A stretch of DNA of 64,000 bases, from assembly GCA_964057225.1 (NCBI GenBank), contig CAXKVF010000073.1, forward strand, positions 1,337,252-1,401,251, given 5' to 3'. Below are positions 45,001 to 54,557 of this stretch, piece by piece. A program made the translations under genes and the position numbers. Each line of letters begins with the position of its first letter. Positions within the stretch are counted from its first letter, which is position 1. This stretch comes from Auanema rhodensis. Its lineage: Eukaryota; Animalia; Nematoda. Under the pieces are notes generated by a model that worked only from the letters and a program-made list of their open reading frames with translations, had not been told where the DNA came from and did not search any database.

Positions 45001-47628
45001 ATTTCAAAGTCATGGTTACCATGCACCAATATCAATAAAAATTTGTTTTTAGACTAATATGGACATGGGGAATCTAATTTTGAAAACCGCATCTCTTTAT
45101 CTTTCACGTGAAGCGAGTTACATACCAAGTGCACATCACGTGTACATTTAATTAGCATAAATTAAAGTTCACGTAAATTTCAAAGTCATGGTTACCATGA
45201 ACCAATATCAATAAAAATTTGTTTTTAGACTAATATGGACATGGGGAATCTAATTTTGAAAACCGCATCTCTTTATCTTTCACGTGAAGCGAGTTACATA
45301 CCAAGTGCACATCACGTGTACATTTAATTAGCATAAATTAAAGTTCACGTAAATTTCAAAGTCATGGTTACCATGAAGCAATATCAATAAAAATTTGTTT
45401 TTAGACTAATATGGACATGGGGAATCTAATTTTGAAAACCGCATCTCTTTATCTTTCACGTGAAGCGAGTTACATACCAAGTGCACATCACGTGTACATT
45501 TAATTAGCATAAATTAAAGTTCACGTAAATTTCAAAGTCATGGTTACCATGAACCAATATCAATAAAAATTTGTTTTTAGACTAATATGGACATGGGGAA
45601 TCTAATTTTGAAAACCGCATCTCTTTATCTTTCACGTGAAGCGAGTTACATACCAAGTGCACATCACGTGTACATTTAATTAGCATAAATTAAAGTTCAC
45701 GTAAATTTCAAAGTCATGGTTACCATGAACCAATATCAATAAAAATTTGTTTTTAGACTAATATGGACATGGGGAATCTAATTTTGAAAACCGCATCTCT
45801 TTATCTTTCACGTGAAGCGAGTTACATACCAAGTGCACATCACGTGTACATTTAATTAGCATAAATTAAAGTTCACGTAAATTTCAAAGTCATGGTTACC
45901 ATGAACCAATATCAATAAAAATTTGTTTTTAGACTAATATGGACATGGGGAATCTAATTTTGAAAACCGCATCTCTTTATCTTTCACGTGAAGCGAGTTA
46001 CATACCAAGTGCACATCACGTGTACATTTAATTAGCATAAATTAAAGTTCACGTAAATTTCAAAGTCATGGTTACCATGAAGCAATATCAATAAAAATTT
46101 GTTTTTAGACTAATATGGACATGGGGAATCTAATTTTGAAAACCGCATCTCTTTATCTTTCACGTGAAGCGAGTTACATACCAAGTGCACATCACGTGTA
46201 CATTTAATTAGCATAAATTAAAGTTCACGTAAAATTCAAAGTCATGGTTACCATGCACAAATATCAATAAAAATTTGTTTTTAGACTAATATGGACATGG
46301 GGAATCTAATTTTGAAAACCGCATCTCTTTATCTTTCACGTGAAGCGAGTTACATACCAAGTGCACATCACGTGTACATTTAATTAGCATAAATTAAAGT
46401 TCACGTAAATTTCAAAGTCATGGTTACCATGAAGCAATATCAAAAAAAATTTGTTTTTAGACTAATATGGACATGGGGAATCTAATTTTGAAAACCGCAT
46501 CTCTTTATCTTTCACGTGAAGCGAGTTACATACCAAGTGCACATCACGTGTACATTTAATTAGCATAAATTAAAGTTCACGTAAATTTCAAAGTCATGGT
46601 TACCATGAACCAATATCAATAAAAATTTGTTTTTAGACTAATATGGACATGGGGAATCTAATTTTGAAAACCGCATCTCTTTATCTTTCACGTGAAGCGA
46701 GTTACATACCAAGTGCACATCACGTGTACATTTAATTAGCATAAATTAAAGTTCACGTAAAATTCAAAGTCATGGTTACCATGCACCAATATCAATAAAA
46801 ATTTGTTTTTAGACTAATATGGACATGGGGAATCTAATTTTGAAAACCGCATCTCTTTATCTTTCACGTGAAGCGAGTTACATACCAAGTGCACATCACG
46901 TGTACATTTAATTAGCATAAATTAAAGTTCACGTAAATTTCAAAGTCATGGTTACCATGAACCAATATCAATAAAAATTTGTTTTTAGACTAATATGGAC
47001 ATGGGGAATCTAATTTTGGAAACCGCATCTCTTTATCTTTCACGTGAAGCGAGTTACATACCAAGTGCACATCACGTGTACATTTAATTAGCATAAATTA
47101 AAGTTCACGTAAATTTCAAAGTCATGGTTACCATGAACCAATATCAATAAAAATTTGTTTTTAGACTAATATGGACATGGGGAATCTAATTTTGAAAACC
47201 GCATCTCTTTATCTTTCACGTGAAGCGAGTTACATACCAAGTGCACATCACGTGTACATTTAATTAGCATAAATTAAAGTTCACGTAAATTTCAAAGTCA
47301 TGGTTACCATGAACCAATATCAATAAAAATTTGTTTTTAGACTAATATGGACATGGGGAATCTAATTTTGAAAACCGCATCTCTTTATCTTTCACGTGAA
47401 GCGAGTTACATACCAAGTGCACATCACGTGTACATTTAATTAGCATAAATTAAAGTTCACGTAAATTTCAAAGTCATGGTTACCATGAAGCAATATCAAT
47501 AAAAATTTGTTTTTAGACTAATATGGACATGGGGAATCTAATTTTGAAAACCGCATCTCTTTATCTTTCACGTGAAGCGAGTTACATACCAAGTGCACAT
47601 CACGTGTACATTTAATTAGCATAAATTA
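1..47628. repeat. 176-bp satellite DNA array, left block (~270.6 monomers, runs off window start)
   Basis: The monomer ATATGGACATGGGGAATCTAATTTTGAAAACCGC...TTTTTAGACTA recurs at 1, 177, ... 2641 (15x176), ... 47521 (270x176). Phase is kept exactly and only scattered substitutions are seen. The consensus has 56/176 G+C. Confidence 0.99.
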
Positions 47629-47635
47629 GTCAAGG

Positions 47636-47641
47636 TTTATT
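47636..47641 (-). promoter_or_regulatory. AATAAA polyadenylation-like signal 7 nt from the LINE 3' end
   Basis: The minus strand ends ...GAACAATAAACCTTGAC, followed directly by satellite. No poly(A) tail follows. Confidence 0.55.
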
Positions 47642-48168
47642 GTTCTTTATCACAGGTTGTAACATTAGTGGTTTTTAAGAGAAGAAGTATGAAAAAAGAT
47701 CCTTACAATACGAACATAATTATAAAAATTAAAAAATGAATAAGCAATAAATGTGCAAAGTTGAAAAGAGTTATTGAATCAATTTTGTCTTTTAAGATAC
47801 ATACTTTTAGCTAGTCTCTCTATGTATTATGAAATGTTAACCCATTCTCAAAAAAACAGGGGAGTTGTTCAAATCAGATAAGTGATCTGACCTCTTTTTT
47901 TACGTTTACCAGGTGCGGTGGAACTTATAATAAAGTCGAGCCCGTTCTGGTAAGAAGAGGTAACTGTCACCTGGTTCGTATGGCTAATGCCTATAGAAAC
48001 TATGGTGAAGTAACAGTGTAGCAAAGACGGAAGCGAGGATGTGGTTGGAACAAAACAGTGACACATAAAGTAACTTAGCTTTAAAAAGTTATAAAAAAAC
48101 ATATTGAGACAATAATTCAAAAAAATAGGACGCTAGACAAATATAGTACAAAAATGAGAAAAATAAAT

Positions 48169-51030
48169 TTAATGATTCTTAAGAAAAACTTGAAGATGTT
48201 TACGGAAGTTGACAGCTTTTTCAAGATTGACAATGTTCTCTGGTATTGAGTTCCAAGTGTCTATGCCTCTGTATTCAATACCTCTTCTGGTCTGAGTTTT
48301 CCGGAGGTTGGGATGCTCAACACTCCATTCATGTCGCCTCATGAAGTGTGTGTACTTTTTGAGCTTGAGAATATCCAAGCTATTATCTGAAGTAGGCGAC
48401 TTTATTTGGTTAAAATAAAAAATCAAATCAAAAACGAGTCTTCTGAAAAATAACTTTTGACCTCCTAATAAAGAAAGTTGATTTTCATAGTTTATTTTAG
48501 ATCCAGAGCGCATGAAAACTGCGCGCAAAAACTTTTTCTGGACGTATTCGATCTGGTCCTTGTCTTTAGAATCCTGTGGTGACCAAATAATGGTAGCATA
48601 TTCTAGAATCGGTCGTATATAAGTGCAAAAAAGATTATACATTAGAAAAGGTGATTTGGAGTAAAAACAACGTAAAATTATTCGACATTTCCGTGCCGCT
48701 TCGCTTGTAATTTTGTTTATGTGGTTTGAAAAAGAGAGATTAGAGTTTGTTAAAACTCCTAGATCTTTGTAGCAGTCTACTAAAGATAGGTTACTGTCAC
48801 CGAAGGTGAAGGCAATATTTTCAGGATGACGGATCGACTTACTTGATATTACCATTATTTTAGATTTAGAAGTGTTGACGGCCATTCCGTTGGAGTTGCA
48901 CCATAGTTCTAATTGATCAAGAGCACGTTGTAGACTGGTAGGGTTAGTACTGTACAGTTTCAAATCGTCTGCATAGAGAATAGAGTTAACATCAGCAGGA
49001 AAACTTGATGTAATATCATTAATGTAATACAAAAACAACAAAGGACCAAGTACTGTACCTTGTGGTACACCACAAGTGAGTTGTACAGGTGGTGATAAAA
49101 TATTATTGACCATAACTGAAAAAGACCTACCAGAAATAAAACTTTGGAGAAAATAATAAAGTGGGCCCTTGATTCCTATAGAGTTGAGCTTTGAAAAAAG
49201 AGTAAAGTGGTTTATAAGATCGAAAGCTTTTGAAAAATCAATAAAAGCTACGAAAACCGGAATATTGCAGTCCAATGAAGACCTAAAGAAAATGTGGCTA
49301 CTGAGAATAGCAGAAACAGTGTTTCTTTTAGGAAGAAAGGCGTGTTGATTTGTTGATATGGCACCATTAGAAATACCGAAATTCAAAAGTGGAGTACGTA
49401 TGATACGCTCAAAAACTTTTGAAAGACTGGAAGTGAGTGAAATTGGGCGGTAGTTACCTGGATCGTCAGATTTGCCTGACTTGAAAATGGGACGAATCCA
49501 GGCTAATTTCCAATCGGAAGGACAAGTAGCGGAAACCAGCAAATTGTGAAAAATAAAAGCTAATGGATTAGCTAAGGAAAAAGCACACTGTTTGAGAAAA
49601 TAGTATGGAATGCCATCCGGGGACGTAGAAACTCTGAGTGGTAGATTTTGAAGAGTTTTGTAGACTAAATCAGGTGTTATATCTATAAAATCAATGGTAT
49701 GATTGTGTGTGAAAGAAGGAGCGGGTGTGTGAGTTGTTTCTGGATGGACCAGTGGAGAAACAGTGAAAACATTAGCAAATGCTGACACTTTACCGACATC
49801 TGAAGAAACTGTCTCATTATTGACAGTGAGGTTGGGAACGTCCGATGTATTACCATTTAATCGGGATTTACAAAAACGATAGAAAAGTTTAGGATTTTTT
49901 AAAGCAGCGATACGCTCTTCTTCTGAAGCACATTTGATTTTTATGAGTTTGTCCAATTTGATTGAAAGATTTTTACGATGGATTTCGTCAGATGAGTATA
50001 AAGAACAACTTAGCCTGTTTATATAGTTTCTGAGTTTTATAATGTCACGATCCACTTTTTTATTTTTCCTTGGTTGTTTTTTAGGAACAAAAGTATTAAT
50101 GATTGAGTGTAAAATAGAAATGAATCTAGAATAAGATTGGAGTGGACTGAAGCCTGAAAGTTCAGAACAGAAATCAATGTTGGCTAGTTGCCTATTGATG
50201 AGCTCATAGTCCGCCAGAAGAAAATTCCGTTCCGTTGAAGTGGAAAGAAGTGTGGATTGAACACTACGTGAATTTTGGATTTGTAAACTCTGCCCTTTTG
50301 AAAGTATCTGGAAGGTTATTGAAAAATGGTCAGAAGCTCCTAGAGGAGCAGAACGGTTGATGTTGTTGATACATTCGACGTTGTTTGTAATGATATAGTC
50401 AAGAGTATTTTCACCTCTTGTAGGGAAATGGACCAGCTGGTTGAGACAGTTGTGATTGAGAAATTTAAGTAAAGTTTTACTCGAAGGAGTAGGTTGAGAA
50501 CACATACCAAGATCCCAGTTTATTTTAGGAAAATTAAGGTCACCTGTGAGAACAAGAGTACGATTGAATAAATGATTCTGAAGATCACAAAGGTAATTGG
50601 AAAAATCTGAATGTGATGATGATGGGGAACGATAACAAACAGAGAAAATAGAATTAGAAGAAGTAATGAGGATATTTATAAATTGAATGGTGGATGAGTT
50701 AGGGGAACAAGAAAGTAGAGAAAAAGTAATGTGTTTTTTAACAAAGAGTAAAACACCACCTCCACGTGAGTAACACCTATCAGCCCTAAGGATATTATAG
50801 GTGTCACCTAACGGTAGAAGATTGGTGTTAAACTGAGGGTAAAGCCAAGATTCTGATATAGCAATTATATCAGGAGCTTTAGGAAAAATGATAATTGGAA
50901 GAAGATGGAGTTTGTTAAGGATTGAGCGTGCATTGTAACAGTGAACAGAAATGTGAGTGGAGTGAGAGACGTAGACAGGTGTTGATATGGACGTTGAATT
51001 AACGAAAGGACACGTTATCGGACAAAACAA
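48169..51030 (-). CDS. LINE ORF2: apurinic-like (APE/EEP) endonuclease + reverse transcriptase; no AUG start (frame open from 51054)
   Basis: EN motifs: YNARS, IAISESWL, DR..RGGGV, YRSP, GDLNF, PTRGENTLD, SDH. RT motifs: SPDGIP, PIFK, NYRPISLTS, NQHAF, DFSKAFD, GVPQGTVLGP, YADD, YKDLG. CR1-like C-terminus: YIRPILEYATIIWSP, IEYVQKKF, WNSIP. The frame is uninterrupted. The track start at 51030 is TTG, and the first ATG is residue 176 (50505). Confidence 0.96.
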   Translation of the reverse strand: MFCPITCPFVNSTSISTPVYVSHSTHISVHCYNARSILNKLHLLPIIIFPKAPDIIAISESWLYPQFNTNLLPLGDTYNILRADRCYSRGGGVLLFVKKHITFSLLSCSPNSSTIQFINILITSSNSIFSVCYRSPSSSHSDFSNYLCDLQNHLFNRTLVLTGDLNFPKINWDLGMCSQPTPSSKTLLKFLNHNCLNQLVHFPTRGENTLDYIITNNVECINNINRSAPLGASDHFSITFQILSKGQSLQIQNSRSVQSTLLSTSTERNFLLADYELINRQLANIDFCSELSGFSPLQSYSRFISILHSIINTFVPKKQPRKNKKVDRDIIKLRNYINRLSCSLYSSDEIHRKNLSIKLDKLIKIKCASEEERIAALKNPKLFYRFCKSRLNGNTSDVPNLTVNNETVSSDVGKVSAFANVFTVSPLVHPETTHTPAPSFTHNHTIDFIDITPDLVYKTLQNLPLRVSTSPDGIPYYFLKQCAFSLANPLAFIFHNLLVSATCPSDWKLAWIRPIFKSGKSDDPGNYRPISLTSSLSKVFERIIRTPLLNFGISNGAISTNQHAFLPKRNTVSAILSSHIFFRSSLDCNIPVFVAFIDFSKAFDLINHFTLFSKLNSIGIKGPLYYFLQSFISGRSFSVMVNNILSPPVQLTCGVPQGTVLGPLLFLYYINDITSSFPADVNSILYADDLKLYSTNPTSLQRALDQLELWCNSNGMAVNTSKSKIMVISSKSIRHPENIAFTFGDSNLSLVDCYKDLGVLTNSNLSFSNHINKITSEAARKCRIILRCFYSKSPFLMYNLFCTYIRPILEYATIIWSPQDSKDKDQIEYVQKKFLRAVFMRSGSKINYENQLSLLGGQKLFFRRLVFDLIFYFNQIKSPTSDNSLDILKLKKYTHFMRRHEWSVEHPNLRKTQTRRGIEYRGIDTWNSIPENIVNLEKAVNFRKHLQVFLKNH
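50999..51010 (-). promoter_or_regulatory. Candidate +1 programmed ribosomal frameshift site UCC_UUU_CGU_UAA joining ORF1 to ORF2
   Basis: Minus strand 51010-50999 reads TCC TTT CGT TAA in the ORF1 frame. The ORF2 frame is +1 (TTC GTT AAT TCA = F V N S). Confidence 0.7.
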
Positions 51031-52060
51031 CGGAAGATGGTGCGGAAGGACTACTCATAGATCTGGTATTTGGTCCAGTTGATTTAGCTGAGCGAGGCGG
51101 ATTTTTTCTCCTCCTTGGACTTATAGAATGATTTTTGTTGGTCGATACAGATACCTCTCTCTCATTAGACCGACTGGATCTACCAGATTTACGAGGGGGG
51201 CTAGAAATAATAGAAGAAACAGGCTTTGAAGTGGTACTGTGGTCAGAATCAACTCCTGAAGGGGTTTCAAGTTGTTGAGTGTCCGCAGAGACAGAGAGAG
51301 TGTTAATGGCATGCAAAGTAGAATCGGTGGATTTACGAAGAACCTCAATAATTTTGAGATCGCGCACAAGGAAAATGCTTTTGGTGTTGTTATCGTTTTT
51401 GATCTTAGCTTCATTTCGCAATTGTTTTTCCAGTTCAATCTCGAACGGAAGATAATCTCGCCGTAAAAACGTTTTTGAAAGAGAGTCAAAGCATTTTGAC
51501 TTATTAGACTTTATAACTTTGATAATTTCATCACGTAAATCAACCGATGGACATGTAATGATAAGAGGACCAGGGAAATTAGATTTAAGAGTGGAACGTG
51601 CAATGGTGATTTGGTTACTATCGATCAGAGAAGACAAAGTAGTGTTTTGAGACTTTTCAATGATGAGTTTCAATAACAACAGAGGTTCAGTTGGAAAATC
51701 TGTTGACGTTATAGGTACTCGGAACCAAAGAGCTCTTTTGGCACGGTAAAGGTATTTTGTCTCCTCTGATCGTAGTTTTTGAAAATGGCATGCCACATTT
51801 AAATGAGAAGAAGTTGAAGCAGAAATAGAATTAGGGTTAGTAACGGTTTGAAAAGAAGAGATAGTTTGCTCTAATTTATCTAAACGGGATTTGAAATCCG
51901 TTTCAATAAATTTCAAGCGAGCCTCATGTGACGTGATGTTGCTTTTCATACTATTGAGCTCATTTTTTATATCATTAGACAATTTTGAGAATGAGTTTTC
52001 GAGAGATTTTGAAAAATTTTGAAGAGCATTTGTAAGAAAATCATTAGTCACATAAGACAT
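50999..52060 (-). CDS. LINE ORF1 (353 aa from ATG at 52060): N-terminal coiled coil, RRM/CTD-like core, Ser/Arg/Lys-rich disordered tail
   Basis: The first ATG is at 52060 (MSYVTNDF...). The upstream in-frame extension to 52237 is low-complexity Phe/Leu translated from the U-rich 5' UTR. A heptad-like segment runs LQNFSKSLENSF...LDKLEQTI. The motifs RAKRALWFRVP, PGPLIITCPSVDLRDEII and FLRRDYLPFEIELEKQLR resemble the L1/CR1 ORF1 RNA-binding core (recognised by eye). Confidence 0.85.
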   Translation of the reverse strand: MSYVTNDFLTNALQNFSKSLENSFSKLSNDIKNELNSMKSNITSHEARLKFIETDFKSRLDKLEQTISSFQTVTNPNSISASTSSHLNVACHFQKLRSEETKYLYRAKRALWFRVPITSTDFPTEPLLLLKLIIEKSQNTTLSSLIDSNQITIARSTLKSNFPGPLIITCPSVDLRDEIIKVIKSNKSKCFDSLSKTFLRRDYLPFEIELEKQLRNEAKIKNDNNTKSIFLVRDLKIIEVLRKSTDSTLHAINTLSVSADTQQLETPSGVDSDHSTTSKPVSSIISSPPRKSGRSSRSNEREVSVSTNKNHSISPRRRKNPPRSAKSTGPNTRSMSSPSAPSSVVLSDNVSFR

Positions 52061-52211
52061 GATGAAATGAAATAGAAAAAAAACAGTGAAGTGAAAAAAT
52101 AAGATAAGAAAAGGAAATGAAAAGCGAGTAAGAAAAAACAAAAGAAAGAGCGTACCTTGACAAAACCAGTCCGACGAAAAATCCTCGACAGAAACAGATC
52201 CAAACAGCCAA

Positions 52212-52326
52212 AGGTCAACTGACGAACGGGAGGTCAACTGACGAACGGGAGGTCAACTGTGACGAACGGGAGGTCAACTGACGAACGGGGTCAACTGACG
52301 AACGGGGAGTCAACTGACGAACGGGG
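52212..52326 (-). repeat. Six tandem 17-21-bp repeats forming the LINE 5' terminus (sense CCCGTTCGTCAGTTGACCT)
   Basis: Plus-strand units of (AG)GTCAACTGACGAACGGG start at 52212, 52231, 52250 (+TG), 52271, 52290 and 52307. Confidence 0.95.
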
Positions 52327-54113
52327 TTAAAGTTCACGTAAATTTCAAAGTCATGGTTACCATGAACCAATATCAATAAAAATTTGTTTTTAGACTAATA
52401 TGGACATGGGGAATCTAATTTTGAAAACCGCATCTTTTTATCTTTCACGTGAAGCGAGTTACATACCAAGTGCACATCACGTGTACATTTAATTAGCATA
52501 AATTAAAGTTCACGTAAATTTCAAAGTCATGGTTACCATGAACCAATATCAATAAAAATTTGTTTTTAGACTAATATGGACATGGGGAATCTAATTTTGA
52601 AAACCGCATCTCTTTATCTTTCACGTGAAGCGAGTTACATACCAAGTGCACATCACGTGTACATTTAATTAGCATAAATTAAAGTTCACGTAAATTTCAA
52701 AGTCATGGTTACCATGCACCAATATCAATAAAAATTTGTTTTTAGACTAATATGGACATGGGGAATCTAATTTTGAAAACCGCATCTCTTTATCTTTCAC
52801 GTGAAGCGAGTTACATACCAAGTGCACATCACGTGTATCTCTTTGTGCACATCACGTGCATCTCTTTATCTTTCACGTGAAGCGAGTTACATACCAAGTG
52901 CACATCACGTGTACATTTAATTAGCATAAATTAAAGTTCACGTAAATTTCAAAGTCATGGTTACCATGAACCAATATCAATAAAAATTTGTTTTTAGACT
53001 AATATGGACATGGGGAATCTAATTTTGAAAACCGCATCTCTTTATCTTTCACGTGAAGCGAGTTACATACCAAGTGCACATCACGTGTACATTTAATTAG
53101 CATAAATTAAAGTTCACGTAAATTTCAAAGTCATGGTTACCATGAACCAATATCAATAAAAATTTGTTTTTAGACTAATATGGACATGGGGAATCTAATT
53201 TTGAAAACCGCATCTCTTTATCTTTCACGTGAAGCGAGTTACATACCAAGTGCACATCACGTGTACATTTAATTAGCATAAATTAAAGTTCACGTAAATT
53301 TCAAAGTCATGGTTACCATGAACCAATATCAATAAAAATTTGTTTTTAGACTAATATGGACATGGGGAATCTAATTTTGAAAACCGCATCTCTTTATCTT
53401 TCACGTGAAGCGAGTTACATACCAAGTGCACATCACGTGTACATTTAATTAGCATAAATTAAAGTTCACGTAAATTTCAAAGTCATGGTTACCATGAACC
53501 AATATCAATAAAAATTTGTTTTTAGACTAATATGGACATGGGGAATCTAATTTTGAAAACCGCATCTCTTTATCTTTCACGTGAAGCGAGTTACATACCA
53601 AGTGCACATCACGTGTACATTTAATTAGCATAAATTAAAGTTCACGTAAATTTCAAAGTCATGGTTACCATGCACCAATATCAATAAAAATTTGTTTTTA
53701 GACTAATATGGACATGGGGAATCTAATTTTGAAAACCGCATCTCTTTATCTTTCACGTGAAGCGAGTTACATACCAAGTGCACATCACGTGTACATTTAA
53801 TTAGCATAAATTAAAGTTCACGTAAATTTCAAAGTCATGGTTACCATGAACCAATATCAATAAAAATTTGTTTTTAGACTAATATGGACATGGGGAATCT
53901 AATTTTGAAAACCGCATCTCTTTATCTTTCACGTGAAGCGAGTTACATACCAAGTGCACATCACGTGTACATTTAATTAGCATAAATTAAAGTTCACGTA
54001 AATTTCAAAGTCATGGTTACCATGAACCAATATCAATAAAAATTTGTTTTTAGACTAATATGGACATGGGGAATCTAATTTTGAAAACCGCATCTCTTCA
54101 TCTTTCACGTGAA
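52327..54113. repeat. 176-bp satellite, middle block (~10 monomers, one rearranged)
   Basis: Monomer starts are at 52398, 52574, 52750, then 53002 + n x 176 up to 54058. Orientation is the same as the left block. Confidence 0.98.
52838..52857. other. 20-bp templated insertion at a satellite breakpoint (repair scar)
   Basis: The junction reads ...CACGTGTA|TCTCTTT GTGCACATCACGT|GCATCTCTTT..., so the insert is made of copies of the right and left flanks. The unit becomes 252 bp instead of 176. Confidence 0.85.
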
Positions 54114-54523
54114 ACTTACTAGGAATTCCTCGTTCATGGGAAATAATTACAATTCCCAATCCCGGTCACGGAAGAATTTCAACGGATTACCAAAACCTTT
54201 CAGCCATGGAAAACCAGTTGCATCCTCCAGTGTAGCGCGCGTGCAGCCCCGGACATCTAAGGGCATCACAGACCTGTTATCGCTCAATCTCGTGCGGTTA
54301 AACACCGCTTATCCCTCTAAGAAGTTATATGAACCAAAAAATTCACTAACTATTTAGTAGACTAGAGTCTCGCTCGTTATCGGAATAAACCAGACAAATC
54401 GCTCCACCAACTAAGAACGGCCATGCACCACCAACCACCAAATCGAGAAAGAGCTATCAACCTGTCAATCCTACTGGTGTCCGGGCCGGGTGAGTTTTCC
54501 CGTGTTGAGTCAAATTAAGCCGC

Positions 54524-54557
<34 letters not shown>

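Larger units (their letters stand above)
47629..52326 (-). mobile_element. Apparently full-length non-LTR retrotransposon (LINE, CR1-like, APE-type), 4698 bp, inserted in the satellite
   Basis: The satellite breaks after ...GCATAAATTA (47628) and resumes at TTAAAGTTCAC (52327). The phase shift of 4701 equals 4698 plus a 3-bp TTA duplication. The element holds two long minus-strand ORFs, a 5' UTR, and a 540-bp 3' UTR with AATAAA near the end. There are no LTRs or TIRs. The clade call comes from motif recognition only. Confidence 0.96.

Noticed and set aside
47869-48120. 83-aa minus-strand ORF (possible LINE ORF3)
   Set aside because: It has a TTG start, no recognisable motif, and lies in the AT-rich 3' UTR. 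There is no support without conservation data.
51121-51489. 122-aa (-) and 64-aa (+) ORFs overlapping ORF1
   Set aside because: These are shadow frames. The minus one is in the ORF2 frame but is cut off from it by stops at 51121-51123 and 51055-51057.
51831-51840. TTAGGGTTAG telomere-like motif
   Set aside because: Under two units, inside the ORF1 coding sequence, and expected by chance.
52061-52237. 59-aa N-terminal extension of ORF1 in the ORF track
   Set aside because: It begins at TTG inside the 5' repeats and translates the U-rich UTR. The ATG at 52060 is the more plausible start.
52212-52326. CRISPR-like or LTR/TIR interpretation of the short repeats
   Set aside because: There are no unique spacers and no cas genes, the context is eukaryotic, and there is no matching repeat at the other end of the element.
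54109-54357. 82-aa plus-strand ORF
   Set aside because: It is antisense to the 18S rRNA fragment and starts at a GTG in the satellite, a typical spurious rRNA ORF.
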